This document shows, piece after piece, positions 9,671-19,621 of a DNA stretch of 64,000 nt (within the stretch, counting starts at the first letter, position 1; each line of letters starts with the position of its first letter). Location: positions 1,024,001 to 1,088,000 of the forward strand of contig CAXXQS010000002.1 in NCBI GenBank assembly GCA_963674735.2. Reading direction: 5' to 3'. The notes beneath the pieces were generated by a model, which saw only the letters and a list, made by a program, of their open reading frames with translations, was not told where the DNA came from and ran no database searches. Position numbers and translations under genes: made by a program. The DNA is from Myxococcota bacterium (GTDB lineage: Bacteria > Myxococcota_A > SURF-8).

Positions 9671-11187
9671 TCCGTTTTACCTCGAATTCCCAAACGCCCC
9701 AAGACCTTGTGCGCCACCGCGCGTTCTTCCCGCGCGGGACCGAGCGCCAGAAGCAAGGGGAAATAAACCACCAGATAAACCAACGCAAATCCCAACTCAG
9801 CCAGGGTTCCATCCAAACCGGAAACGGCTTTGGCCGCAAAAACCATCCCAAAGGCCGCCAAGGCTGAAAACACGGCCTTCAAGTGATAAACCGTGAACGG
9901 ATGCAGCTTGAACAAGACACTCACCTCGATCAGACGAGCGGCATTCATGGCCGAATAGGCGATCACGATGGCCGCCGCCGCACCCTCCATTCCGTATTGA
10001 GGAATCAACAGCACGTTCAACGTCACGTTGATCGCGATGGTGCCGATCGTGTTGGCCAGGTTCAACATCGGCCGGTCGATCAGGATAAAGAGCTCAGACA
10101 CCCCCAAAACTCCGTTGATCATCACCGACAGCGCCAAGAGTGCCAACGTGACGGTGCCGGCCGTGAAATCGGCTCCGAACAGGGCCATGAGCGGTCTGCC
10201 CGCCAGCACTACCACACCCAAAAGGGCGGCGTCAAGGATCAGGATCCAGCGAGTGACATTTTGATATTGCAGCCGCATGGCCGCCCGGTCCTTGATTTCA
10301 TGGGCGGCCGAGATCACCGGGATGAAGATGGGATCGAAGCTCTGACGCACCTTCTTTACGGTGAAGGCCGCTTCTTCGGCCATTCCGTAAACACCGACCA
10401 TGGCAGTGGGCACATAACGTCCCACCATGAACATATCGATCCGCTGTAGAAGCAGGTTCAGCATATCGTAAAACCCGATGGGTGCAGCGAATCGCAATAA
10501 ATCACCCCGCCCCGGTCGTTCGAACAAACTTCGCAGCACTTTCTTGAGCGACATCTCTTTCGAAAAGAAATAAGCCGCCAATGCCGCGCCCGCCGCCACG
10601 GAACACAGAAAAGCGATGGACAGCCCCGTGATTCCGGCGTCGAGCCAGAATAGCGGCAAGGCCAACGCCAGCATCACCAGCGGTTCAACCACCCGCTTGG
10701 TAATAACCTCGTAACGCATCACCCGCAGAGCGCGCGTGGCGAATAATAAAACAGCGGAGATCGTCCAGAACGGCATGCCCCAGGCCATCACGCGCAACGG
10801 CAGAATCAACTCGGGCTTGTCGTAAAACGCCAAAGCTGCCGGAGCGGCCAGAAGTTCGAGCAGGGCCACCATCACCGCAGAGGCAACCAGACCGATCATC
10901 AGCGCCTGAGCCACGGCGCGGTGTAACGCTTCTGTATCGCCCCGCGCGTGATGCCGCGCCGCAACGGCCAGAATGCCGCGATCAAGCCCTAAAATGCCCA
11001 GCTTCGACACCACATCCACACTGGCCCACGAAAGCAGATAAAGGCCCGTCAATTCCGCCCCGTAAAGACGGCCGAGAACAATGTAGAAGACGAAGTTCAG
11101 GCTGGAGGCCAGAACCCCGATAAAGTTCACCAAGGCCCCCCGGACGATGTCGCGCGTATCGCGACGGCTGGTTTCGTGTGCGCTCAT
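9667..11187 (-). CDS. Flippase (MOP superfamily, Wzx/polysaccharide-biosynthesis type)
   Basis: Many TM segments; RIDMFMVG..VGVYG and LNVLLIPQYGMEGAA motifs. Confidence 0.85.
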   Translation of the reverse strand: MSAHETSRRDTRDIVRGALVNFIGVLASSLNFVFYIVLGRLYGAELTGLYLLSWASVDVVSKLGILGLDRGILAVAARHHARGDTEALHRAVAQALMIGLVASAVMVALLELLAAPAALAFYDKPELILPLRVMAWGMPFWTISAVLLFATRALRVMRYEVITKRVVEPLVMLALALPLFWLDAGITGLSIAFLCSVAAGAALAAYFFSKEMSLKKVLRSLFERPGRGDLLRFAAPIGFYDMLNLLLQRIDMFMVGRYVPTAMVGVYGMAEEAAFTVKKVRQSFDPIFIPVISAAHEIKDRAAMRLQYQNVTRWILILDAALLGVVVLAGRPLMALFGADFTAGTVTLALLALSVMINGVLGVSELFILIDRPMLNLANTIGTIAINVTLNVLLIPQYGMEGAAAAIVIAYSAMNAARLIEVSVLFKLHPFTVYHLKAVFSALAAFGMVFAAKAVSGLDGTLAELGFALVYLVVYFPLLLALGPAREERAVAHKVLGRLGIRGKTE

Positions 11188-11205
11188 TGAATGTTCGGCA
11201 GTCGC

Positions 11206-12279
11206 CTACGGATTGATAAGCTGCATGACATAGTCGCGGTTTTCCTTGATCACGATCGTCTCCGCTTCACCGCCTTCCGTTACGGGCGGTAAAGTCAGCG
11301 TGAACTGAAAATCGCCGTTGAAGGTATAGTCGATCGGTTCCGATACCCGCGCCACCACGAAGCTTTCCAGTTTGGAGAGATCGTCCAATACATCTTTCCG
11401 ACGTAACAGCTTTTTCTGCCGGAGTGTCACCTCAAGCTTGCAGCCGTCTTTCTCGGATGAAATCGTCACCATTTTCGGTAACTTGTACTTGTTTTTCGAT
11501 TTGCTGTCCTGCACCGCCCCTTTGAAAGTCACCTTCGGATTAAGAGTCGCAAACAGGGTGCGCTCTTTCTGCCCCAGCCAGATCCATCCGCGATCGAGAC
11601 CTTGCGGACCCGCCTGGTCGGTGGCGAAACCGGTGAAAAGCGCTGTGGTATCGCCGCTGAAGAACTTGAATTTCAACCAGCGGCGCGCCAGCTTGTGTGG
11701 GGGAATGGTCGTCCAGCTGTGGTCCACCAACCCGGTCCCCACGATCGGCAACGACTTGCCTTTGATGGTCATCACGCCTTTGAATGCCGCGCGCGGGGCC
11801 AACAAGACCATGTCGTACACGCCGTTTTTCTCGTACAGATGTCCGCCCGCCGCCGGATTGAAACCGGGGGTGAGAGACGTAATGGTCAATTCGGTTGACA
11901 AATCGCCATCACCCGCCTTGATATAAAGCGCATCGCCGCGCTTTTCGATGACCGACCCCTCGAAATCGAGCGCAAAGCGATCTTTGGCGAAGCGCCAATC
12001 GTCACCCACTTTGATCTTGGTGGCCAAACGTTTCATCCTGGGAGTGGTGACTTCCACCTTGACGGCGCCCTTTTTATCGCCAAGCCCGATATTGGACACC
12101 ACAAACTGCACGTGCACGTAAAAACCGTTTTCCGCCCAGACGGAACTCGACCATTGCTCGGTGTAAAATTCGTCGGAGGCAAGGTGGGGCTGATAGTCGC
12201 CCAACGGCAACGCGAAAGCGGGCGTGGCCAACAACCACAAACCCGTCAAGACTGTCAGAAAATGTTTCAACAGGGTCAT
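11206..12279 (-). CDS. Secreted protein, AttH/CrtC/Svf1-like beta fold (tentative)
   Basis: Signal peptide ending AFA; FYTEQW near N-terminus and GTGLVDHSW; AAAGGAG RBS. Confidence 0.55.
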   Translation of the reverse strand: MTLLKHFLTVLTGLWLLATPAFALPLGDYQPHLASDEFYTEQWSSSVWAENGFYVHVQFVVSNIGLGDKKGAVKVEVTTPRMKRLATKIKVGDDWRFAKDRFALDFEGSVIEKRGDALYIKAGDGDLSTELTITSLTPGFNPAAGGHLYEKNGVYDMVLLAPRAAFKGVMTIKGKSLPIVGTGLVDHSWTTIPPHKLARRWLKFKFFSGDTTALFTGFATDQAGPQGLDRGWIWLGQKERTLFATLNPKVTFKGAVQDSKSKNKYKLPKMVTISSEKDGCKLEVTLRQKKLLRRKDVLDDLSKLESFVVARVSEPIDYTFNGDFQFTLTLPPVTEGGEAETIVIKENRDYVMQLINP

Positions 12280-12924
12280 GAAATCTCCTTTCCGGTCGAA
12301 AGCCTCCCGCACTTTCAACCGAAGCAAGCGCGGGATTCTACCGCAAATTGCGCGGCAATGCCAGAAAACGGACGATTAGGTCACGATTACAAGAACTTCG
12401 GGAGTCGGATGCTCGATGCTCACTCACAGGATGACAGTCGCGTCGCATAGCAGCAATCGATTCGTTCAATCCCGAATTCATCCCATTCTCCGATTCTCAC
12501 CGGAAATAGAATCGCCATCCGCAGCCCGAAGCTCAGCTACATCATGAGTGTTTTCAAAGAGTTAACAGATTCCTTTCTAAGGCTATCGTTTTATCCGTTG
12601 CCGGGCATTGCCACCCTCATTAAACAGGTAACACGAACAGCCCCGCCATTCGTTACCGGCACACAACATCCGCACGACAATAAAGCTCGCATTTCGGATG
12701 GCCAGTCGAACGAGATGCCAACCGATATCGAATCGGACGGCACTCATGAAAAAAACGATCGGATACGGCTTGTCGAAAGGAAGAAGAGTAGGGTTTTTTA
12801 TGAAATTGTGGTATATATGAGCTTCTGCGTTTCGGGAACCCTCTCATGACGGGGCCGTCTGTTCGGGGTTCCTTGTTCGATTCCGACAATCAGGACCCCT
12901 GCGAAAGGGCGAAAGGAGAGCACC

Positions 12925-13275
12925 ATGAGCACAACCATGCTGGCTTACTGCGGCTTGGCCTGCAACCGCTGCCCCGCTTATCTGGCGACTCAAAACAACG
13001 ACGACGCCCTGCGCAAACAAACGGCGATCGAGTGGTCCAAGATGTACAATGCCGAGATTCGTCCGGAACACATCAACTGCGACGGCTGCAAAAGCGGCTC
13101 CGAACGGCTCTTTTTCCATTGTTCCCAATGTGGAATCCGCAGCTGCACAACGGAGAAAGCCTACCAAACCTGCGCCGACTGTGGCGACTACCCCTGCGAC
13201 CAACTCTCTTTCGTTATCAACGCCGTGCCTGAAGCCCGTGCAGCCTTGGAAATGTTACGCGAGTCCATTAAGTAA
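12925..13275 (+). CDS. DUF3795-type Cys-rich protein
   Basis: AYCGLACNRCP, CDGC, CGIRSC, TCADCGDYPC; GGAGAG RBS. Confidence 0.8.
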   Translation: MSTTMLAYCGLACNRCPAYLATQNNDDALRKQTAIEWSKMYNAEIRPEHINCDGCKSGSERLFFHCSQCGIRSCTTEKAYQTCADCGDYPCDQLSFVINAVPEARAALEMLRESIK

Positions 13276-13386
13276 GCCAAGGCTCTTTTGAGTGGATGGT
13301 TTTAGGAAACTACGCCTGCTAAATCAAGCCCTTTTGCGCCTTAACCAACCGGAAATAATAGATTATTTCGCCTCTACATTTCAAGC

Positions 13387-13419
13387 TTGCCCAAGGCTGA
13401 AGTGCATGCTAGGATGCAC
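13387..13419 (+). promoter_or_regulatory. Sigma70-like promoter for thyX-pur operon with overlapping inverted repeat
   Basis: TTGCCC-N17-TAGGAT; GTGCAT-N6-ATGCAC overlaps the -10. Confidence 0.4.
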
Positions 13420-13499
13420 GCGCCCGACGGGGTAACCGATAAAAAAGGGGGCTGAAAACGCCGCCGATTTGCCGCCCGTCCGATACGAAAGGAGCGCCC

Positions 13500-14303
13500 A
13501 TGGGTCATGTCACCACCCCGGAAGCCGAAGCCCTGCTCGACAAACCGATTGCCGTTTTAGATCACGGATTTGTCCGCATGGTGGACTACCTGGGATCCGA
13601 TGCTCGCATCGTCCAATCGGCGCGTGTGTCTTACGGCGAAGGGACGAAAACCGTCCGCGAAGACAAAGGTCTGATCAACTACCTGCTCAGACACCAGCAC
13701 ATGTCCCCCTTCGAGCAAGTGGTGTTCACCTTTCATCTTAAAATGCCCATTTTCGTGGCCCGCCAACTGGTGCGCCACCGCACGGCCCGTTTGAATGAAA
13801 TCTCGGGACGTTACAGCAAGATGCTCAACGAGTTCTACCTGCCCACCGAAGAACGGGTGGCTTTTCAAAGCAACAGTAACCGGCAGGGCTCCAGCGACAA
13901 GGATGTCCCGGACGAACTGCGCAAGAAGGTGATCGAAACGCTCACCGGCGTCTACGACAGCGCCTATCAAGGCTACGAAGAAATGATCGAGGCCGACATC
14001 AGCCGCGAATTGGCGCGGGCGGCCTTGCCTTTGTCCCTTTACACGGAGATGTACTGGCAGATCGACCTACGCAACCTGATGCACTTCATCGCCTTGCGCG
14101 CCGACAGCCACGCCCAGCATGAAATTCAGGTTTACGCCAACGCCATGGCTACATGCGTGCAAGCGGTCACGCCATATACCTGGGAAGCGTTCGATCGCCA
14201 CGTCCTCGGCTCCAAAAAGCTCAACCGCGAGCAGCTGGCCGAACTGGTGGAGGCGCTTGGCGAAAGTCATCCCGACCTGTTACGCAAACTGAACCTGATT
14301 TGA
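13500..14303 (+). CDS. thyX: FAD-dependent thymidylate synthase
   Basis: ARVSY, HMSPFE, RHRTARLNEISGRY, HAQHEI. Confidence 0.95.
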   Translation: MGHVTTPEAEALLDKPIAVLDHGFVRMVDYLGSDARIVQSARVSYGEGTKTVREDKGLINYLLRHQHMSPFEQVVFTFHLKMPIFVARQLVRHRTARLNEISGRYSKMLNEFYLPTEERVAFQSNSNRQGSSDKDVPDELRKKVIETLTGVYDSAYQGYEEMIEADISRELARAALPLSLYTEMYWQIDLRNLMHFIALRADSHAQHEIQVYANAMATCVQAVTPYTWEAFDRHVLGSKKLNREQLAELVEALGESHPDLLRKLNLI

Positions 14304-14357
14304 CCTCACGGCCGCCTTGCGACAGGCGGCCGTTTGCTTTTCGGAGGATTCACTTAC

Positions 14358-17351
14358 ATGGCAGCGCGAATCGAAGTCATCCATAAGCCCGCAGTGGTCG
14401 ACGCCGCCGGGGCATCCATCCAACGCCGCCTCAAACGCGATCTCGGCCTGACGGTCGACGATTTGCGCGTGGTGCAGGTGTACACCATCGACAAAGAGCT
14501 GACGTCCGAACAACTCGACCAACTGCGCAAGCGGCTCTTCACCGATCCGGTGACCCAGGACTCGGTCATCAACCAGTCCGTTTCAACCGCCTTCGACTGG
14601 GCCATTGAAATCGGCTACCTGCCGGGCGTCACCGACAATGCGGGCCGCACCAGCCGCGACGGCATCCAGGATCTATTGGGCTTGCGTTTCGATGAAGGTG
14701 AAGCGGTCTATACTTCCGAACTGCTTCTGATCAAAGGCGCGCTCAAAGCCGCCGAAGCCGAGCGCATCGCCGGTCTGCTGTCGAACCCGCTCATCCATCG
14801 CGTAGCCGTGAAAGACAAAGCCACCTTCGATAAAACGGGCGACATGGACATGACGCCGCCCAAAGTCACGCTGGCCCCCAATCCGCGCGTGGACGACGTC
14901 GACCTGGAATTGCCCGAAGCGGATCTCAAGATTTTGTCATCCCAAGGCATTCTCGACCATGTCGAGGAGGGGCGGGAAATCCGCCGCGGTCCGCTCGCAC
15001 TGGACATGGACCAGATGGAGGTCATCCGCGCCTACTTTAAAAAAGAAGGCCGCAAGCCCACCGACGTCGAGCTGGAATCGCTGGCGCAGACCTGGTCGGA
15101 ACACTGCAAACACACCATCTTCGCGGCGCAAGTCGACGATGTGACAAGCTTGTATAAAACCTACATCCAGCGCGCCACTCGCGAAATCCGCGAAGCCCTG
15201 GGAAACGACGACTGGTGCGTGTCGGTTTTCTCCGACAACTCGGGCGTCATCAAGTTCGTCGACGGCCACAACATCTGCTACAAAGTCGAAACGCACAACA
15301 GCCCCTCGGCGCTGGATCCTTACGGCGGGGCCATCACCGGCATCGTGGGCGTCAATCGCGACCCGCTGGGCACCGGCATCGGCGCGCGGCTGGTCACCAA
15401 CATGTACGGCTATTGTTTCGGCAACCCTTACTACGACAAGCCGCTGCCCTATCGCCGACCCGGTAAACAGGATCCGATCCTGCATCCGCGCGTCATTTTC
15501 GAAGGCGTGCGCCTGGGCGTCGAACACGGCGGCAATAAGTCAGGCATCCCCACCAGTTGGGGTTTCCTCTCCTTCGACGACCGCTACATGGGTAAGCCGC
15601 TGGTATTCGTGGGAACCTTGGGCCTTATGCCCGAAACGATCAACGGCCAGCCGAGCGAGCAGAAGCAGGCCTTGCCGGGAGACGTCATCATCATGGCGGG
15701 CGGACGTGTGGGAGCCGACGGCATCCACGGCGCCACCTTCTCATCCGAAAGCCTGCATGCCGGATCGCCCACCGGCGCGGTGCAGATCGGCGACCCCATC
15801 ACCCAGAAAAAACTTGGCGACGCCCAACTCGAAGCGCGCGACCTGGGATTGTACCGCTCCATTACCGACAACGGCGCGGGCGGACTGAGCTGCTCGGTGG
15901 GTGAAATGGCGCTGGAATCGGGCGGCTGCGAAGTGGCGCTCGATAAAATCCCGATCAAATACGCGGGCCTGGCTCCCAACGAAATCTGGATCAGCGAGTC
16001 GCAGGAACGCATGACCTACGCCGTTCAGCCGGAAAACGTCGACGCGTTCATGGACCTCATGCGTCGCCGCGACGTCGAGGCCACCATCATCGGCCATTTC
16101 ACCGACAGCGGGCGCTGCGTGGCCACCTTCGAAGGCCGGGCGGTGATGGACGTCGAACTCGATTTCCTGCACGACGGTTTACCTAAAAAACTCTTGAATT
16201 CCAGCTATACACCGCCCAAACACCCCGAACCGATCTTGCCGGGCTCCGAAACGCTGGCTACCGACTGGATCGCGTTGATGGGGTCGCTCAATCTGTGCTC
16301 CAAGGAATACGTCGTGCGCCAGTACGACCACGAAGTGCAGGGCGGCTCGACCGTCAAACCGCTGGTCGGTCGTCAACTCGACGTCCATTCCGATTGCGCC
16401 GTGGTGCGACCGCTTCTGAATAATGCGGCAGGCGTGGGCTTGTCGTCGGCGCTGTATCCAAGCTACGGCGACATCGATCCCTACGCCATGGCCGCCTGCG
16501 CCATCGATACGGCATTGCGCAATCAACTCGCGGCGGGAGCCGATCCCGAACGCGTGGCGCTACTCGACAATTTCTGCTGGTGCAGTTCCAACGAGCCCGA
16601 GCGCCTGGGCCAACTCAAACTCACCGCGCAGGCCTGTTACGAAACGGCCGTGGCCTACCGCACCCCGTTCATCTCGGGCAAAGACAGTATGTTCAACGAC
16701 TTCAAAGGCTTCGACGACAACGACCAACCCGTCAAAATATCGGTACCCCCGACCCTGCTGGTGTCGTCCGTAGGCGTTTTGCCCAAAGCGCACTTCGCCC
16801 TCACCCTCGACGCCAAGGCCGCCGGCGACCTGGTTTATGTCGTCGGCACCACCCGCGACGAACTGGGCGGCTCGGAATACTTCCGCCTGCTGGGCGAACG
16901 AGAAAGCGGTCAGCCCTATCTGGGCAACCGGGTACCGACCCTCGATCCCGAAGCGAACATACCGGTTTATAAAGCCTTTTACCGCTGCATACGCGAACGC
17001 CTGCTGGCTTCGGCGGCCAGCGTCCATCTGGGCGGCTTGGCGGCGGCGGCGGCCAAAACCGCCATGGCGGGCGAACTGGGCCTGACACTCGATCTCGATG
17101 CCCTGCCCGCCGACGGCCTGGACGATCCGCTACGACTCCTGTTTTCGGAGTCCCAGGGACGTTTTCTGGTAACCATGCCGAAAGCCAGCACGGGTCGTTT
17201 CGAAGCGTTATTCGCCAACCTGCCCTGCGCTCGCGTGGGTCTGGTAACCGAAGCGCCCGTCATCTCGGTCACGCAGGGCTCGGGTCCGGCGCTGGCGACC
17301 ATCGAGCTGGCGGATCTCAAAACAGCTTATAAGCAAACCCTCGATTGGTGA
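14358..17351 (+). CDS. purL: Phosphoribosylformylglycinamidine synthase subunit PurL with PurS-like N-terminal extension
   Basis: QTWSEHCKH, KVETHNSPS, DGIHGA, DNGAGG, SESQERM, QYDHEV, SGKDS; GGAGG RBS. Confidence 0.95.
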   Translation: MAARIEVIHKPAVVDAAGASIQRRLKRDLGLTVDDLRVVQVYTIDKELTSEQLDQLRKRLFTDPVTQDSVINQSVSTAFDWAIEIGYLPGVTDNAGRTSRDGIQDLLGLRFDEGEAVYTSELLLIKGALKAAEAERIAGLLSNPLIHRVAVKDKATFDKTGDMDMTPPKVTLAPNPRVDDVDLELPEADLKILSSQGILDHVEEGREIRRGPLALDMDQMEVIRAYFKKEGRKPTDVELESLAQTWSEHCKHTIFAAQVDDVTSLYKTYIQRATREIREALGNDDWCVSVFSDNSGVIKFVDGHNICYKVETHNSPSALDPYGGAITGIVGVNRDPLGTGIGARLVTNMYGYCFGNPYYDKPLPYRRPGKQDPILHPRVIFEGVRLGVEHGGNKSGIPTSWGFLSFDDRYMGKPLVFVGTLGLMPETINGQPSEQKQALPGDVIIMAGGRVGADGIHGATFSSESLHAGSPTGAVQIGDPITQKKLGDAQLEARDLGLYRSITDNGAGGLSCSVGEMALESGGCEVALDKIPIKYAGLAPNEIWISESQERMTYAVQPENVDAFMDLMRRRDVEATIIGHFTDSGRCVATFEGRAVMDVELDFLHDGLPKKLLNSSYTPPKHPEPILPGSETLATDWIALMGSLNLCSKEYVVRQYDHEVQGGSTVKPLVGRQLDVHSDCAVVRPLLNNAAGVGLSSALYPSYGDIDPYAMAACAIDTALRNQLAAGADPERVALLDNFCWCSSNEPERLGQLKLTAQACYETAVAYRTPFISGKDSMFNDFKGFDDNDQPVKISVPPTLLVSSVGVLPKAHFALTLDAKAAGDLVYVVGTTRDELGGSEYFRLLGERESGQPYLGNRVPTLDPEANIPVYKAFYRCIRERLLASAASVHLGGLAAAAAKTAMAGELGLTLDLDALPADGLDDPLRLLFSESQGRFLVTMPKASTGRFEALFANLPCARVGLVTEAPVISVTQGSGPALATIELADLKTAYKQTLDW

Positions 17352-17368
17352 CAGACAGGGGAATATCC

Positions 17369-18175
17369 ATGGCAAAACCAACCACGCTGGTGCTGACCGG
17401 CTATGGCATCAACTGCGATAACGAAACTCAATTCGCCTTCGAAAAGGCGGGCGGCAAGGCCGAGCGGGTCCACATCAACGACCTGATCGAAGGCCTGAAA
17501 AAGCTCGACGACTACCAGATTCTCGCGTTTCCGGGCGGCTTTTCCTACGGCGACGACATCGCCGCCGGGCGCGTCCTGGCCAACAAGTTCATCGCCAATC
17601 TGCGCGAACCGCTCAAACGCTTTCTCGAAAACGACAAACTGGTGATCGGCATCTGCAACGGTTTTCAGGTCATGGTGAAACTGGGACTGCTCACCGCCGA
17701 CGAAGCCACTCTGGGCGCGCAAACCTTGACGCTGACCTACAATGACTCGGGCCGTTTCGAAGACCGCTGGGTACATGTGAAAAACGAGCGTCCCGACTGC
17801 GTGTGGCTGCGCGGTATCGACGAGCTGCCTCTGCCCGTCGCCCACGGCGAAGGGAAGTTTTTCGCCCCCGACACACAACTCGATCGCTTGGAAGAACGAC
17901 GCCAGGTGGCGCTGCGCTACGTGTTGGAAGACGGCCAACCGGCCGCTGGCGCGTATCCTGCCAACCCCAACGGTTCTCCACGCGATATTGCCGGACTCTG
18001 CGACACGACAGGCCGAGTGTTCGGCCTCATGCCCCATCCCGAACGTTTTCTGAGCTTCATCAACCATCCGCACTGGACGCTTGAATCCGATCGTCTGCGC
18101 CGCAAACAGGAGCCCGTTCCCGAAGACGGCGCCGGGCTGGCCATTTTTAAAAATGCCGTGTCGTATTTCAAGTAG
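17369..18175 (+). CDS. purQ: FGAM synthase glutaminase subunit
   Basis: GINCD, PGGFSYGD, GICNGFQ, AHGEG, MPHPER. Confidence 0.95.
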   Translation: MAKPTTLVLTGYGINCDNETQFAFEKAGGKAERVHINDLIEGLKKLDDYQILAFPGGFSYGDDIAAGRVLANKFIANLREPLKRFLENDKLVIGICNGFQVMVKLGLLTADEATLGAQTLTLTYNDSGRFEDRWVHVKNERPDCVWLRGIDELPLPVAHGEGKFFAPDTQLDRLEERRQVALRYVLEDGQPAAGAYPANPNGSPRDIAGLCDTTGRVFGLMPHPERFLSFINHPHWTLESDRLRRKQEPVPEDGAGLAIFKNAVSYFK

Positions 18176-18202
18176 GCGAACTCCATCGCCGAGGAGGCCG
18201 CG

Positions 18203-18985
18203 TTGCTGAAACCCTTGCACGATCCCGCCGAAGGCCCCTTGCGCGTAGCCGGATTGATGTCCGGTTCGGGCACCAACCTGCGCCGCATTCTCGAACATCG
18301 GCAGGCGCTTTGCGCCAAGCCGGGCGGTTGTCCTTTCGAAGTCGTGGTCATTTTTTCCGACAACGCCGACAGCCAGGCGACGGCCATCGGGCGCGATTTC
18401 GATATTCCGGTTGTCACCCACGACATTCGCGGCTTTTACAAGAAACGCGGACTGCCGCGCCGCGACCTGAACGCCCGTGCGGAATTCGACGAAATCAACG
18501 TGGCGGCACTCAAGTCGTTCAACGCCGAAGTGGCCGCTTACGCCGGCTACATGAGTATCGCCACTCCGGCACTGATCAACGCCTTTCTGGGCGTCAACGT
18601 GCATCCGGGCGATTTATCGGTGATCCAGGACGGTCAACGCCGCTGGGTGGGCGATCACGCCGTACGCGACGCCATCGTGGCGGGCGAGAAAACCCTGCGC
18701 GCCACCACGCACCTGGTCGAACTGAAGGTGGACGGCGGTCACTTGCTGATGCTGTCGGACCCACTGCCGGTGGAATTGCGGCCGAATGTGGATGTGTCGA
18801 TTCCGGAAGCGGCCACCTGCGCCGAATCGCACAACCAGGAACGCCTGAAGGAAGCGGGCGACTGGGTGATTTTCCCCAAAACCCTCGAATTGATCGCGGC
18901 GGGCCGCGTGTCGCGCGACGCCGAGGGCCGCGCCTACATCGATAGCCGCCCGGCCCCGCTCACGCCGGAGGAGTTGGAAGACTAA
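18203..18985 (+). CDS. purN: Phosphoribosylglycinamide formyltransferase-like protein
   Basis: SGSGTN, AGYM, NVHP, VDGG; follows purLQ; TTG start with GAGGAGG RBS. Confidence 0.75.
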   Translation: MLKPLHDPAEGPLRVAGLMSGSGTNLRRILEHRQALCAKPGGCPFEVVVIFSDNADSQATAIGRDFDIPVVTHDIRGFYKKRGLPRRDLNARAEFDEINVAALKSFNAEVAAYAGYMSIATPALINAFLGVNVHPGDLSVIQDGQRRWVGDHAVRDAIVAGEKTLRATTHLVELKVDGGHLLMLSDPLPVELRPNVDVSIPEAATCAESHNQERLKEAGDWVIFPKTLELIAAGRVSRDAEGRAYIDSRPAPLTPEELED

Positions 18986-19620
18986 CCCGTTCCGTCCGAT
19001 CGGATCGTCTTCCCTTCGCCCTCCGCTTCATCATCGTAATCGACTTTCAACGGCAACCCCGCCAGCATCGCCAGTTCGGCCGCCGGGCCTTCGACCTGCC
19101 GCCGGTTGTCCCGTGACCACAGCTCGACAGGTCGCCCCGATCCGCCGTCCAGCGCGGCGGTGTAGTGGTAGCCGGGTTTGCCGTTCTTCGGGGTATAGCG
19201 CTCGGAGACCCGGATCGGCAACCGGGTCAGCGTCACCGCGCGGCACTCGCTCCACGACAGATCCAGCATGCGGCGCGGCCACAGCGGCCGTACACGCAGC
19301 CGCTGTTTGTTTGTGTCCACCTCCACCACTTGAAACCAGTGTGTCAGCAGAACACGGAGCATGAAAACCCCTCCGATGAAAAGCAGGCCGCCGAAAAACA
19401 TCAACTTCGTGAGATAGCTCGAACCCAGCGACTCGTAAACGGATAACGAGAGACCCAGTTTGGAGGCCGCGCCAAACGCCAGGAGCATCGGTCCGCCGAT
19501 CGTCATCGCCAAGGCGACCGTCAACGGCATCACGATCATAAACCGTTCGGTATGATCGTAAATGCGATAACGCCAGCCCTGCGACGTGCGGCGAAAAAAG
19601 CGCGGCTCTTCGGTCGTCAT
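18982..19620 (-). CDS. Hypothetical membrane protein (two TM helices plus soluble domain)
   Basis: ORF directly downstream of the deacetylase gene; two hydrophobic segments. Confidence 0.65.
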   Translation of the reverse strand: MTTEEPRFFRRTSQGWRYRIYDHTERFMIVMPLTVALAMTIGGPMLLAFGAASKLGLSLSVYESLGSSYLTKLMFFGGLLFIGGVFMLRVLLTHWFQVVEVDTNKQRLRVRPLWPRRMLDLSWSECRAVTLTRLPIRVSERYTPKNGKPGYHYTAALDGGSGRPVELWSRDNRRQVEGPAAELAMLAGLPLKVDYDDEAEGEGKTIRSDGTG

Positions 19621-19621
19621 C

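Noticed and set aside
12330-12924. ncRNA or riboswitch in the long intergenic region before the DUF3795 gene
   Set aside because: Only one imperfect hairpin near 12865-12900 and no recognisable family consensus
13416-13499. Riboswitch (ZTP, THF or purine) in the thyX-pur leader
   Set aside because: Could not find the conserved aptamer motifs by eye; the leader is short
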